Below are positions 1-8,932 of a stretch of DNA of 64,000 nt, one piece after another (within the stretch, counting starts at the first letter, position 1; each line of letters starts with the position of its first letter). The notes beneath the pieces were generated by a model that was not told where the DNA came from, searched no databases, and saw nothing but the letters and a program-made list of their open reading frames with translations. The stretch lies in NCBI GenBank assembly GCA_902798595.1, contig CADBXE010000007.1, positions 1,800 to 65,799 of the forward strand, written 5' to 3'. The position numbers were made by a program, and so were the translations under genes. The stretch comes from an uncultured Erysipelotrichaceae bacterium (lineage in GTDB: Bacteria; Bacillota_I; Bacilli_A; RFN20; CAG-826).

Positions 1-378
1 AACAATATAAGCAAGATAATAATAATTATCTGCTTGGGTGATAATACGTCCACCATAAGCTCTATGAGTGGCAAACATCATAATATCCCAATTATTAGCA
101 ATAGCCATGTAAATTACATCCCATGTTGCCATGAAAGCAAGGCACACTAAAGCGGGGATAATTAGTTTGATGAAATTACCAAGATAGAACTTCTTCTTAT
201 CGGTAATTAACTTTTGTGAGTATAAAAAACCTGATAACGCTGTTAAGCCTTGCACGCCTTTGCTTAAAAGCATTTCATATGGAATTGCTCTAGCGTAAAG
301 AATATAGAATATATGGAACTGTAGTACACAGATTGTGGCGATGATTCTATATATAGAAATGTTATTAAATCTTCTCAT
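1..378 (-). CDS. Acyltransferase family 3-like membrane protein, N-terminal 126 codons (gene runs off the left edge)
   Basis: Own translation from ATG at 376-378: MRRFNNISIYRIIATICVLQFHIFYILYARAIPYEML... The frame stays open to position 1. The sequence is hydrophobic and resembles the start of OafA/acyltransferase_3 proteins. It is not in the supplied ORF track. Confidence 0.5.
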   Translation of the reverse strand, partial: MRRFNNISIYRIIATICVLQFHIFYILYARAIPYEMLLSKGVQGLTALSGFLYSQKLITDKKKFYLGNFIKLIIPALVCLAFMATWDVIYMAIANNWDIMMFATHRAYGGRIITQADNYYYLAYIV

Positions 379-449
379 ATTATATATGATAATGAGTTTT
401 GTAGATTAACGCTATATTTAACAAAAAAGATGCGCTTATACGCATCATG

Positions 450-707
450 TTAAGCAATGTTTTTCTTTTCTTTTAAGATGCCGTAAATAGTGACATCTAC
501 AAGAAACGCTATCAGTAGCAATACAAAGGAAGTGTTAAGTATATTTTGGATGGTTGGCCAAGGTTCACTGAATCCATGATGATGGCCCGTAAAATAAGCG
601 ATAAAATCACCACCGAATGACACTACTGGGAATAATAGTGATACCAAAAACAAGATAAAGAGTACTACGTTAATTGGGTATTTAAAGAATGGTTTCATAA
701 GCACCAT
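450..707 (-). CDS. Small membrane protein (85 aa), unknown function
   Basis: The ORF has hydrophobic segments and a GHHHG motif. It lies directly downstream of the ABC operon. Confidence 0.4.
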   Translation of the reverse strand: MVLMKPFFKYPINVVLFILFLVSLLFPVVSFGGDFIAYFTGHHHGFSEPWPTIQNILNTSFVLLLIAFLVDVTIYGILKEKKNIA

Positions 708-771
708 TTATTATAGATACAGTCAAATAAAAATGCAATAACACGACATGAAAGTATGTGTTACATCTTAA

Positions 772-798
772 TAAAAAATCTCTGAGGGAGCAGAGATT
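772..798 (-). terminator. Rho-independent terminator after the ABC ATPase gene
   Basis: Stem aatctctg/cagagatt with a 6-nt loop, followed by a U-run on the minus strand. Confidence 0.6.
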
Positions 799-807
799 CT
801 TTGTTGT

Positions 808-1566
808 TTACCAACCCATATCCATGAGCCAGGTATTAAGCGCTCTTTCTCTTTCTTTTTGATCAAGAGCGGGATCATTATTTTTAAATTCTCCTGCGAT
901 TTGACCATCAACGATATAAAGAACTCTAGAGCATCTTGCAGCCACTTTAGCATCGTGAGTAACCATCATAATTGTGGTACCTTCTTCGTTCAATTTACAT
1001 AACTCATCCATCACTTCTTTTGATGATTGTCTATTTAAGGCACCTGTTGGTTCATCGGCAAACAAGATATCAGGATTATTAATCATACTTCTAGCGATAC
1101 ACGCTCTTTGGAGTTGGCCACCAGATACTTCGTTGATGTCATTATCAGCGACTTCAATAATGCCTAGTTTACGCATTAGGAATTCCGCTTTAAGAAGTTT
1201 TTCTTTTCTTGAAAGAGATTCTTTTTTGCTTTCGATAGCTGGTAATAAGACATTATCTAAGATTGAGAGGTTTTTCATCATAAACATTTGTTGGAAGATG
1301 AAACCCATCTTATTGAGTCTTAATTCGGATAATTCGTTTTTGCTGAGTTTAGAGATATCTTTTCCATCAAAGATGACTTCACCAGAAGTAATCTTGTCCA
1401 TACCAGAAATACAGTATAGGAGAGTGGACTTACCACTACCGGATGGGCCCATAATGCCCACCATTTCTCCTTTTTCAACTCTTAAATTCACATTTCTTAA
1501 GACATTGTTTTGTCTTTTATCAACAATGTATGTTTTGCATAAGTTTTTTGCTTCGATGATATTCAT
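808..1566 (-). CDS. ABC transporter ATP-binding protein (MacB/FtsE-LolD type)
   Basis: Walker A GPSGSGKST, signature SGGQLQR and Walker B ILFADEPTGALN. Confidence 0.9.
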   Translation of the reverse strand: MNIIEAKNLCKTYIVDKRQNNVLRNVNLRVEKGEMVGIMGPSGSGKSTLLYCISGMDKITSGEVIFDGKDISKLSKNELSELRLNKMGFIFQQMFMMKNLSILDNVLLPAIESKKESLSRKEKLLKAEFLMRKLGIIEVADNDINEVSGGQLQRACIARSMINNPDILFADEPTGALNRQSSKEVMDELCKLNEEGTTIMMVTHDAKVAARCSRVLYIVDGQIAGEFKNNDPALDQKERERALNTWLMDMGW

Positions 1567-1581
1567 GATTGTTTCCTCCTA

Positions 1582-3954
1582 TTATTCGATACTTGCAGTA
1601 TCAGAACTCTTAATTGTTTTGGTGATTAACGATGTAACAAATGCGACTAATAATGTAGCAGCTAAGATGATGAGTGGATAAACGACGAAGATGCTTAATG
1701 GATTAATTGCAAATGTCATCGTAGTCATACCCATTGATTGGAAGATTGGTCCAATAGTGAGATATGTTAATGGAATGGATATCGCACCAGCGAAGATTAC
1801 CGCGACTAATGTGGCAAGGCCAAACCTTATCATGTGGTAGAGAATGACTCTTCGATCCTTGAAGCCAACAGCTTTGAGAATCGCTATTTCGTTCTTTTCA
1901 TCGCTAATGAATGAGCGTTCCATTAAGACAACCACAAGTGTGATGACCACTATCGTGATGGCGAGAAGCAACATTTGCACTGTTTCCATTGTTGGAACAA
2001 CACCAATGCAATCCGCTTGATATTCCCAAGCAAATTGGACTTCTTTATCGCCAAAATATTCAATTAGTTTTTGTTTGCGCTGTCTTAGAACACTGCTTGA
2101 TGGATGATCGTTAAAGTTGATTTGGAAAGCCATCCACGAAGTACAGTTCTTTAGATTTGTTGGAGCGGTTTCGTGTATTCTAATGACTTCACCCATCCAG
2201 TTCATGCTTTGGAAATAGGCAGTAACTGTGGTTTGCACAGGGCCTGTGCCATAGTCCACTGTCACAGTGTCACCGATATGAGCATTAATTTTCTTTGAAA
2301 CTGTTGGGGTAATAGCAATCTCATACATGTTTTGTGGCGCCGTACCTTGGGTAAAGACATACATATCAATTGTGGAACCAATACCTTGTTGGCAAGAGAC
2401 GGAATATTCATTGTCATTGCTTGTTACTTTAAGGATGTATTGGGCATCCACGAAGACGTGTCCCGGCATGCCCATTGCATCCAAATCGCTTTCAACCTTT
2501 GTGACGTATTCTTGAAGTTCTTCGTTACCACCTTCGTGCATGAAGGACATTTGCTTGTCTTGATCACTGTAGTAAAGATCACTACGAGCAGAGAAGGAAT
2601 CAATAAGTCTGTCACTTTTCATTGTGTTGACTGTATTTGTCATGACAAGGACAAAGGATGCACAGAGGGCAAAGATTGCAGCGACTGTAATATATTTCTT
2701 CTTATTACTAAGGACATCATTAACCGCCATAAAGGTGACGGAATTGGTTTTGCTCTTAGATAATTTGAGTTTTGACTTCTTTTTAAATCTTTCGCCAGTT
2801 TGCCCTTTTCTAATAGCGTCTACTGGAGTGGCTTTCTTGACAACACCTGTTGCTAAGTAGGCAAAGCCTAAGATCGATAAGACTACTAACAACGAACCAA
2901 TAATATTTGGAATGAGACCTAAACCATTGCCAAGCACCATTGTTTTAGTCACGCTATCCAATAAGAGCTTAGAGAATGGGAAGCTTAAGGCAAATCCAAT
3001 TAAGGAGCCTAAGACTGAGATAACTAAATATTTAGTTAAATATAAGCTTTTAATCTTTATATCTCTAATACCGATAGCCTTCATGACACCGATTTCACGG
3101 TATTCTTCAGTGATGGTAAAGGTAATAGTAAATCTTAAGATGACGAATGAAACAATGATTAAACAGACACTGAGGATCAAAGTGATGAACGCGAGAACCA
3201 TGTTCATGAAGTATGCCGCTTTAATGGTAGATCTTGGTCTATTTAACATTAATGTTGGGCACTTCTCTGTTAAAGCGACATCAACCGCACCAACATCATC
3301 AGTGTCAATATAGGCGAATTCACCAATCATACCTGCACTAGATACACCATTATCTCGATAGTTTTCAAAATCCGCTTTGCTTAAGAATAATCTCACGTTA
3401 TTAAGCATATCTGAGCCAAACAAGGCATCTTTTAACGTACCATCAAATGTTAAACTAAGACGGACATCATTACCTTTCACGACAATTTTGTCGCCAGTTT
3501 TTAAGTTGTTGTTCTTAGCGAATCTATAGGAACAATAGAAATGACCTTCAGGCACAACAGTGGCCACTTTATCGTTAACATAGAAATAGTTAAGACCACT
3601 ATCCTCTAAACTTTGAATCATTAAGGTGTTATCAAAGTCGAGTTCACTTCCATCTTCTTTTTCAAGAGTGTCTTTAGTGGAGAAGATGACTTCATCAAGA
3701 CGATATGATTTGATTTCTCCAATAGTTGGTAAGATTTCATCAAATGTTGCAACTCCTTCACCTGAACCTTTTCTCGCGGCAATATAATCGCCTAAACGCG
3801 CTTGGTCGAAGAAATAGTCAGTACCATTAGCGATAGTGATAACGTTATTAAGACCACTAGCGACAAACATTGAGGCAAGAATGATGAATACCAACATGAT
3901 GATATTCATGGTTTTCTTACGCTTTATATCTTTTTTTAATATTCTTAGAAACAT
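1582..3954 (-). CDS. ABC transporter permease, double FtsX-domain type (790 aa)
   Basis: Two membrane blocks separated by large extracytoplasmic regions. An FtsX-like motif is present (GVMKAIGIRD / ILKAVGFKD). The gene is adjacent to the ATPase gene. Confidence 0.85.
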   Translation of the reverse strand: MFLRILKKDIKRKKTMNIIMLVFIILASMFVASGLNNVITIANGTDYFFDQARLGDYIAARKGSGEGVATFDEILPTIGEIKSYRLDEVIFSTKDTLEKEDGSELDFDNTLMIQSLEDSGLNYFYVNDKVATVVPEGHFYCSYRFAKNNNLKTGDKIVVKGNDVRLSLTFDGTLKDALFGSDMLNNVRLFLSKADFENYRDNGVSSAGMIGEFAYIDTDDVGAVDVALTEKCPTLMLNRPRSTIKAAYFMNMVLAFITLILSVCLIIVSFVILRFTITFTITEEYREIGVMKAIGIRDIKIKSLYLTKYLVISVLGSLIGFALSFPFSKLLLDSVTKTMVLGNGLGLIPNIIGSLLVVLSILGFAYLATGVVKKATPVDAIRKGQTGERFKKKSKLKLSKSKTNSVTFMAVNDVLSNKKKYITVAAIFALCASFVLVMTNTVNTMKSDRLIDSFSARSDLYYSDQDKQMSFMHEGGNEELQEYVTKVESDLDAMGMPGHVFVDAQYILKVTSNDNEYSVSCQQGIGSTIDMYVFTQGTAPQNMYEIAITPTVSKKINAHIGDTVTVDYGTGPVQTTVTAYFQSMNWMGEVIRIHETAPTNLKNCTSWMAFQINFNDHPSSSVLRQRKQKLIEYFGDKEVQFAWEYQADCIGVVPTMETVQMLLLAITIVVITLVVVLMERSFISDEKNEIAILKAVGFKDRRVILYHMIRFGLATLVAVIFAGAISIPLTYLTIGPIFQSMGMTTMTFAINPLSIFVVYPLIILAATLLVAFVTSLITKTIKSSDTASIE

Positions 3955-4041
3955 AAATAATAAGCCCTCCTTTTAGCAGGATGGCTCAATTATAAAAAAT
4001 AAATTATTAAACAATCATTAAATGCCGAAAAATTTATTGTT

Positions 4042-5259
4042 TCAGCATTTTTTTACTACCGTAACCGCAGTAAATTCATCGTTATTAATTTTGACAAATA
4101 CATCTCCACCCATCATTCTCATTAAACTTTTAGCGATGTATAAGCCAAGACCACTACCATCTTTCTTTTCGGCGTTACTTCCGCGATAGAAGGAATCAAA
4201 TAGATGTGGTAATTCTTCCTCTTTTAATGAACATCCAGAGTTAGTGATTTGGATGAGTTTAAAGCTCTCTTCTTCATCAATTTTGATATTAACGTAACGA
4301 CCATCACCATATTTAATCGCATTTTCTAAGATGTTTTGTAAGACTTCTTCTAAGCGGTCAGCGTCACCTTTGATTAAGCAGTTATCAAAAGCATCGATAG
4401 CAAATTCAGTGTGGATGGCAGCGAATTTTTCTTTATAAAGGATGCCAATCTTATTCATTAAATCTTCGAGATATAACTCACCCATGTGCACGGTAAGATT
4501 TAAGAAATCATCTCTAGAAGCTGCGACAATATCAGAAACGTGTTTTTCAATTTCTAAAGCATTTTTATCAATACCATCTAAGGCTTCTATTCTCTTTTCT
4601 TCTGTATCATAGATACCTTCTTTTAGAGCTTTTGAATAAAGCTTAATCGCAGATAGAGGTGTTTTAATATCATGAGAGATAGAAAGGATAAGAGTCTTCT
4701 TGTCCTTTTGCAGTTTTAATTCATTCTTCTTATTTGTTTCTAAAGTTTCTCTAAGCATATCCATGCCCCAGACAAACTTACCAAAGTTCTTATTTTTTTC
4801 TTCTTTCATTGGTTTAGAAAGATTGCCTTTAGCGAGTTCTGTTGAGTAATTGCTTAATGTATGGAATGGTTTAAGAACTTTTAAATCGATATATAGTAAA
4901 ACACCAGCTGTTAATAGGAACATCACTCCTAATCCTACGTTCATAAATATCACAGCGGTATTATCAACGCTTTCTATTTTATATTCAATAGAATATAATT
5001 CACCATTAACATTGATTACTGCATAATCGTTATTGGTTTGGTAATTTTCATCATAGTGAACGATTTTAATGACCGTTGGATAATCGTTAGGATTAACATC
5101 CTTACCTTCAGATAACGCTAATTGGATACGGTTAATATCAACGCGATGTTGTCTATCTTCATTACTTGGTCGATTAAGGAAAATCACCACATTAAAAACA
5201 GCGATGAGTAATAATTGAGCGACTAAAACAATAATCGAATTTCTTCTAAATTTACTCAT
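4042..5259 (-). CDS. Sensor histidine kinase (HisKA + HATPase_c)
   Basis: H-box SISHDIKTPL, N-box NILENAIKY and G-box GSGLGLYIAKS. I prefer the start at MSKFRR (5257-5259), which overlaps the response regulator stop in ATGAGTAA. Confidence 0.85.
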   Translation of the reverse strand: MSKFRRNSIIVLVAQLLLIAVFNVVIFLNRPSNEDRQHRVDINRIQLALSEGKDVNPNDYPTVIKIVHYDENYQTNNDYAVINVNGELYSIEYKIESVDNTAVIFMNVGLGVMFLLTAGVLLYIDLKVLKPFHTLSNYSTELAKGNLSKPMKEEKNKNFGKFVWGMDMLRETLETNKKNELKLQKDKKTLILSISHDIKTPLSAIKLYSKALKEGIYDTEEKRIEALDGIDKNALEIEKHVSDIVAASRDDFLNLTVHMGELYLEDLMNKIGILYKEKFAAIHTEFAIDAFDNCLIKGDADRLEEVLQNILENAIKYGDGRYVNIKIDEEESFKLIQITNSGCSLKEEELPHLFDSFYRGSNAEKKDGSGLGLYIAKSLMRMMGGDVFVKINNDEFTAVTVVKKC

Positions 5260-5914
5260 AGCGGTAGCCGTTACCCCAAACGGTAATAATGTGTTTAGGG
5301 TTCTTTGGATCTTCTTCAATCTTTTCTCTTAACCATTTGATATGAACGGTTAAGGTTTGAGGTTCTGATTCGCTATCACTACCCCAAATAGTATTGAAGA
5401 TATATTCTTTCTTTAATGTTGTACCTTTGTTTTCAATAAGGAGTTTTAATAATTCAAATTCCTTATCAGTCACTGTGACTGGTTTGTTATTCACTTTTAA
5501 AACATTATTCACAGTATTGAGAATGAGACTTTCTTCATGGATCTCTTCGATCGCGTATTTTCTCTTAAAGACGCCTTTAATCTTCGCTAATAAGATATCA
5601 ACGTCGTATGGCTTTTCAATATAATCATCCGCGCCTAAATTAAGTCCAGCGAGTTTATCTTCTTTTTCAGATTTCGCACTGGCGATAATGATATAGGCGT
5701 TTGATGTTTCACGGATTTTAGAGGTGACCGCTAAACCATCAATACCAGGAAGCATAATATCTAAAACAAAAATCTTAGCCCCATATTTAGCGAAAAGCTC
5801 TAATGCCTTTTCACCACTTGTAGCTAAGCAAACCGAATATTTCTCTTTGCGCAAAAAGTCACATAAGAGATTACCAATTTCTACATTATCTTCAACAATG
5901 ATGATATCCGCCAT
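5252..5914 (-). CDS. OmpR-family response regulator
   Basis: Receiver domain (IIIVEDN...LDIMLPGIDG) followed by a winged-helix output (LTVHIKWLREKIE...ITVWGNGYRY). The start is taken at MADIII rather than the longer track ORF. Confidence 0.9.
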   Translation of the reverse strand: MADIIIVEDNVEIGNLLCDFLRKEKYSVCLATSGEKALELFAKYGAKIFVLDIMLPGIDGLAVTSKIRETSNAYIIIASAKSEKEDKLAGLNLGADDYIEKPYDVDILLAKIKGVFKRKYAIEEIHEESLILNTVNNVLKVNNKPVTVTDKEFELLKLLIENKGTTLKKEYIFNTIWGSDSESEPQTLTVHIKWLREKIEEDPKNPKHIITVWGNGYRYE

Positions 5915-5967
5915 AAATCTACATGCCCTCAAATAATATAGCAAAAATCAGAGTTAATAGTCTATAT

Positions 5968-6552
5968 TCAGTCCTTTGCATGCTTTGTCATCGTGATAGG
6001 ATAGCCAGAGCCTAATAATCTCATCATTGAGAATTTGTGTTCCTTTGTAATAACAAATTCATTCTTCTCGTAAAACTTAATAGCTTTTGTGTTTTTAGAA
6101 AACACTTCCACGATGATTGAATCATACTCTTTAATAGAGCATGCTTTATTAATAAGGATTGAGCCTATGCCTTTACTTCTATACGAAGGATGTGTGACTA
6201 AAGTGTCTAGATATAATTCTCTATCACCCTTAACCACGATTTTCTGGAACGAAGCATTCATTTGTTTACTAATGATTGCCCCTTTACATTTACCAAAGAG
6301 TTCTTGGCAGATTTCTTTTTTAAAATTGATAGGTCTAACTTTGTTAGTGCCTAACCCCATAAGGCCAAGAACTACACCATCTTCTAGATAGCAAAGAAAT
6401 AATTTAGGATCAAAGATTCTCATAAAAAGTTCTTTTTTAAGTTCTTCGTTTTTAGAGAAAGTCATGAACTGACCAAAGCCTTCCATGAATAAATTAACCG
6501 CTTCTTCTTTTTGGAAAACGGATAGTTCACCAAATTCCAATATTTTGTTCAT
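5968..6552 (-). CDS. GNAT-family N-acetyltransferase
   Basis: Acetyl-CoA-binding-like motif HPSYRSKGIGSILI. The start is taken at MNKILEF so that it abuts the upstream gene stop. Confidence 0.7.
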   Translation of the reverse strand: MNKILEFGELSVFQKEEAVNLFMEGFGQFMTFSKNEELKKELFMRIFDPKLFLCYLEDGVVLGLMGLGTNKVRPINFKKEICQELFGKCKGAIISKQMNASFQKIVVKGDRELYLDTLVTHPSYRSKGIGSILINKACSIKEYDSIIVEVFSKNTKAIKFYEKNEFVITKEHKFSMMRLLGSGYPITMTKHAKD

Positions 6553-6554
6553 AA

Positions 6555-6938
6555 TTACATTAAGATTCCCACTACTAGGAAGCAAACAGCGGAGATAAGC
6601 GACATTGGTGTCATCACAAACTTTTCTTTCTTACTTGGAGAAATGATATTTAAGAATGTATTACCAAAGAAGAAAACTGCGAACACAAAACAAATAACTC
6701 TTGTGACTGTGTAATTGATAAAATAAGGAATGCCTGTACCCGCTGCAAGGATGATATATAAGGCAAACATTTGGGCTAATAATTGTGTAACACCAAGAAG
6801 TTTTATCTTAGGAGGCCAGATTTTGCCAAATCTTCCTCCCATAGAGAATTCTCCCAAAGGGAGTCCACATATTAATAAAATGGACATAACAATAACAACA
6901 GCGAGTAACGCTGCTCCAATAAACGCTAAAATTTGCAT
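6555..6938 (-). CDS. Four-TM membrane protein, unknown function
   Basis: Hydrophobic 127-aa ORF that abuts the PadR and GNAT genes in an operon-like arrangement. Confidence 0.5.
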   Translation of the reverse strand: MQILAFIGAALLAVVIVMSILLICGLPLGEFSMGGRFGKIWPPKIKLLGVTQLLAQMFALYIILAAGTGIPYFINYTVTRVICFVFAVFFFGNTFLNIISPSKKEKFVMTPMSLISAVCFLVVGILM

Positions 6939-6940
6939 AT

Positions 6941-7561
6941 TTATCTATTCCTCTCTTCCTTAAGAAGATTTTTATAAAAAGTTAAATCGAATTTAGTTCT
7001 TTCAATGCCATATTTAAGTAATGACATTTGATAGTCATATGTATTGAGTAAAACAGTGCTCAAATCTTTTTCGTTAGAAACGGATAAAAGATTATTCACA
7101 TATTTATTCTCTTTAGAAATGTTTGAAATGTTATCTCTGATAACAGCTTCTTTAGCGGTCAATGCAAACTCTTGAATCGCGGTTAGTGCCTTTAACTGTT
7201 CTTCTAAATCTTTATTTAGGGCCGCTAGGAAGGCGATACGTTTTTCTTTAGGAGCGACACCTAGGAAGAATAATTTGCTTTCTTCCATATTGGTCATCTT
7301 AGATAAGTTAATAGGAGTACCAACCCATTTCTTATATTCCACTAAACCTTTATCAGTGATGTTATATTTCTTTTTGTTTAAGCCATTTTCTACATATTCA
7401 TTAATTTCAATAAAACCTTTAGAAAGCATCTTTTTAATTGCGGTTTGAATACTGCCTAAACTATTGCTGCAGACAGTTGTTAAGTTCTTAATAATGTAGT
7501 TTCTTATTTCATAAACAGTCATTGCTTTACATAGAAGCATACTCAGGATTATATATTCCAT
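6941..7561 (-). CDS. PadR-family transcriptional regulator with extended C-terminal domain
   Basis: N-terminal winged helix typical of PadR (ILSMLLCKAMTVYEIRNYI...KKKYNITDKG). A strong SD (GGAGGAG) precedes the ATG. Confidence 0.75.
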   Translation of the reverse strand: MEYIILSMLLCKAMTVYEIRNYIIKNLTTVCSNSLGSIQTAIKKMLSKGFIEINEYVENGLNKKKYNITDKGLVEYKKWVGTPINLSKMTNMEESKLFFLGVAPKEKRIAFLAALNKDLEEQLKALTAIQEFALTAKEAVIRDNISNISKENKYVNNLLSVSNEKDLSTVLLNTYDYQMSLLKYGIERTKFDLTFYKNLLKEERNR

Positions 7562-7577
7562 AATCTCCTCCTTCTCG

Positions 7578-7604
7578 TATTACTAATAGGTATATTACTA
7601 ATAG
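7578..7604 (-). promoter_or_regulatory. Tandem 12-nt direct repeat (tattactaatag x2), candidate promoter/operator of the PadR operon
   Basis: Exact copies at 7578-7589 and 7593-7604, 17-43 nt upstream of the PadR start. Confidence 0.35.
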
Positions 7605-7629
7605 AGTGTATTTATGTCAAGCAGATAAA

Positions 7630-7657
7630 GAAAAAAGCCTCGGGTATTACCTGAAGC
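7630..7657 (-). terminator. Rho-independent terminator closing the tRNA-Trp transcription unit
   Basis: Minus strand GCUUCAGG-UAAUA-CCCGAGGC followed by UUUUUU. The stem has one mismatch and one G-U pair. Confidence 0.6.
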
Positions 7658-7756
7658 TCTTCATCTATGTTCTAGCATCCAATCCTGGTTCATCCTGGAG
7701 GACATTCTCTTCGAACGTTTCCTGGACATCCTGGCTAGATATCGACACAAGTTATT
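7658..7756 (-). ncRNA. Candidate small RNA with repeated CCAGGA(U/A) motifs between tRNA-Trp and the terminator
   Basis: Four CCAGGA motifs on the minus strand (plus-strand tcctgg at 7683, 7693, 7720 and 7729) plus one UUGGAUG. No credible ORF is present. The region is bounded by the tRNA 3' end and a terminator. Confidence 0.35.
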
Positions 7757-7830
7757 TGGCAGGGGTGACAAGAATCGAACTCGCATCAGCGGTTTTGGAG
7801 ACCGTTGCACTGCCATTGTGCTACACCCCT
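7757..7830 (-). tRNA. trnW: tRNA-Trp (anticodon CCA)
   Basis: 74-nt cloverleaf AGGGGTGTAGC...CTCCAAA...GGTTCGATTCC...CCCCTGCCA. CCA is encoded. Confidence 0.95.
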
Positions 7831-7880
7831 AGCGTGCTTTGTTATTATTACATAAATATTTTAAATAATCATCTTTTTTA

Positions 7881-8339
7881 TTAATATTTTTGCGCATTTA
7901 TCAAAATATCGTTTTCATAGGTCAGTCTAATTCTGAAATATGACTCATGATTTATTAATAAAGGTAGGAATACTTTATCGCCTTCCCACATTGGATAATT
8001 AAAAATCTCTTTAATAGGAATCCATCTAAGTTCACCTTCATTACAATCGATGATATCTCCTGAAAAATCAGTGATTTCATAGATGTACATCTTTTCAAAG
8101 TAGCCATCATAGATGAAGTCCACTTCACCAGCGCACTTTAAACTATGAACATCTAAGCCCGTTTCTTCTTTAACTTCACGGATGGCACATTCATCTGGTG
8201 TTTCAGTGTTTTCTAGACCACCACCGACACCAATCCATTTGCCTTTGTTATAATCGTTTTTCTTTTTATTACGGAAAAGAAGCAGATATTGCTCATCTTT
8301 CTTTAAATAGCAACATGTCGAATAACGATCGATTTTCAT
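7881..8339 (-). CDS. NUDIX hydrolase (MutT-like)
   Basis: Canonical Nudix box GGGLENTETPDECAIREVKEETGL. Confidence 0.85.
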   Translation of the reverse strand: MKIDRYSTCCYLKKDEQYLLLFRNKKKNDYNKGKWIGVGGGLENTETPDECAIREVKEETGLDVHSLKCAGEVDFIYDGYFEKMYIYEITDFSGDIIDCNEGELRWIPIKEIFNYPMWEGDKVFLPLLINHESYFRIRLTYENDILINAQKY

Positions 8340-8341
8340 AA

Positions 8342-8815
8342 CTATCTATGAGCGGCATTGACATCGTTTTGATTAAAGTAACAATCTTCTTTATAGACAA
8401 CGCAATCAAAAACATAGCCTTTGATAAAAGAATAATACTGTTCTTTTGAAAGAGGGTAGTTAACTTTGTAAAGACGGCCTGATTCACCTTTATAGGTAGC
8501 AACCATATGATATGTATCAACATAACGGACATGTCTTGCAAACAAATCTATGATTTGGCATTGTTTTTTAGTGCCGTTTGCTAAAATTTTCTTTTTCCTT
8601 AAAGCTTCCACGATAGTGAAGATGCCTGCCGCAATTAGGGCAAGAGAAATAGCCGGGGCAACACCACATAAAATAATATAAGGTAAGACAGGATCTTTTT
8701 CTTTTCCTAAAGCAAAATAAATGGCAAAAGCGCCATAAGCAACTAAGGCTATGACAATAATGATGATACCGCCAGTAATAGATCCACCAGCTACTCTTCT
8801 ATATTCTTTTTTCAT
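8342..8815 (-). CDS. Membrane protein (two TM plus beta-rich C-terminal domain), DUF3592-like
   Basis: ORF with two hydrophobic helices followed by a soluble domain. No catalytic motif is recognised. Confidence 0.45.
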   Translation of the reverse strand: MKKEYRRVAGGSITGGIIIIVIALVAYGAFAIYFALGKEKDPVLPYIILCGVAPAISLALIAAGIFTIVEALRKKKILANGTKKQCQIIDLFARHVRYVDTYHMVATYKGESGRLYKVNYPLSKEQYYSFIKGYVFDCVVYKEDCYFNQNDVNAAHR

Positions 8816-8830
8816 AATTGTTTATTAAAT

Positions 8831-8916
8831 TGGTGTGGCCAAGAAGACTCGAACTTCCATGAGTTTCCTCACTGGCTTCTGAGACCAGCGCGTCTACCAA
8901 TTCCGCCATGACCACA
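8831..8916 (-). tRNA. trnL: tRNA-Leu (anticodon CAG), long variable arm
   Basis: 86 nt: GTGGTCATGGCGGAATTGGTAGACGC...CTCAGAA...GGAAGTTCGAGTCTTC...GCCACACCA. Confidence 0.95.
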
Positions 8917-8932
8917 TGTGACTGCTATTATA

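Noticed and set aside
974-1681. A long plus-strand ORF (235 aa). Many similar track ORFs lie antisense to confident minus-strand genes, for example 2332-2763, 9378-9710, 22022-22408, 24707-25057 and 53261-53743.
   Set aside because: They lie entirely inside, and antisense to, genes with clear family motifs. They have low-complexity or Ser/Leu/Phe-rich composition typical of antisense frames in AT-rich DNA, and no SD.
5915-5944. N-terminal extensions of track ORFs at 5944, 6585, 10678, 26391, 43452, 55278, 59889 and 62459.
   Set aside because: In each case an internal ATG gives a typical family N-terminus or lipoprotein signal. That start has an SD or abuts or overlaps the upstream stop in operon fashion. 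The extensions would overlap neighbouring genes or regulatory elements.
7658-7756. Small (4.5S-type) SRP RNA downstream of tRNA-Trp.
   Set aside because: CCAGG...GGAA strings superficially recall SRP helix 8. However, I could not form the long hairpin, and the conserved GGAAGCAGC / AGCA symmetric-loop strand is absent. The GGA repeats are direct rather than inverted.
7606-7884. ORFs overlapping tRNA genes: 7606-7884, 36353-36547, 50637-50831, and the first ~35-47 codons of 20879-21514.
   Set aside because: Their sequence is explained by tRNA-Trp, tRNA-Gly, the Val/Thr tRNAs and tRNA-Glu respectively. These are spurious reading frames through structured RNA genes.
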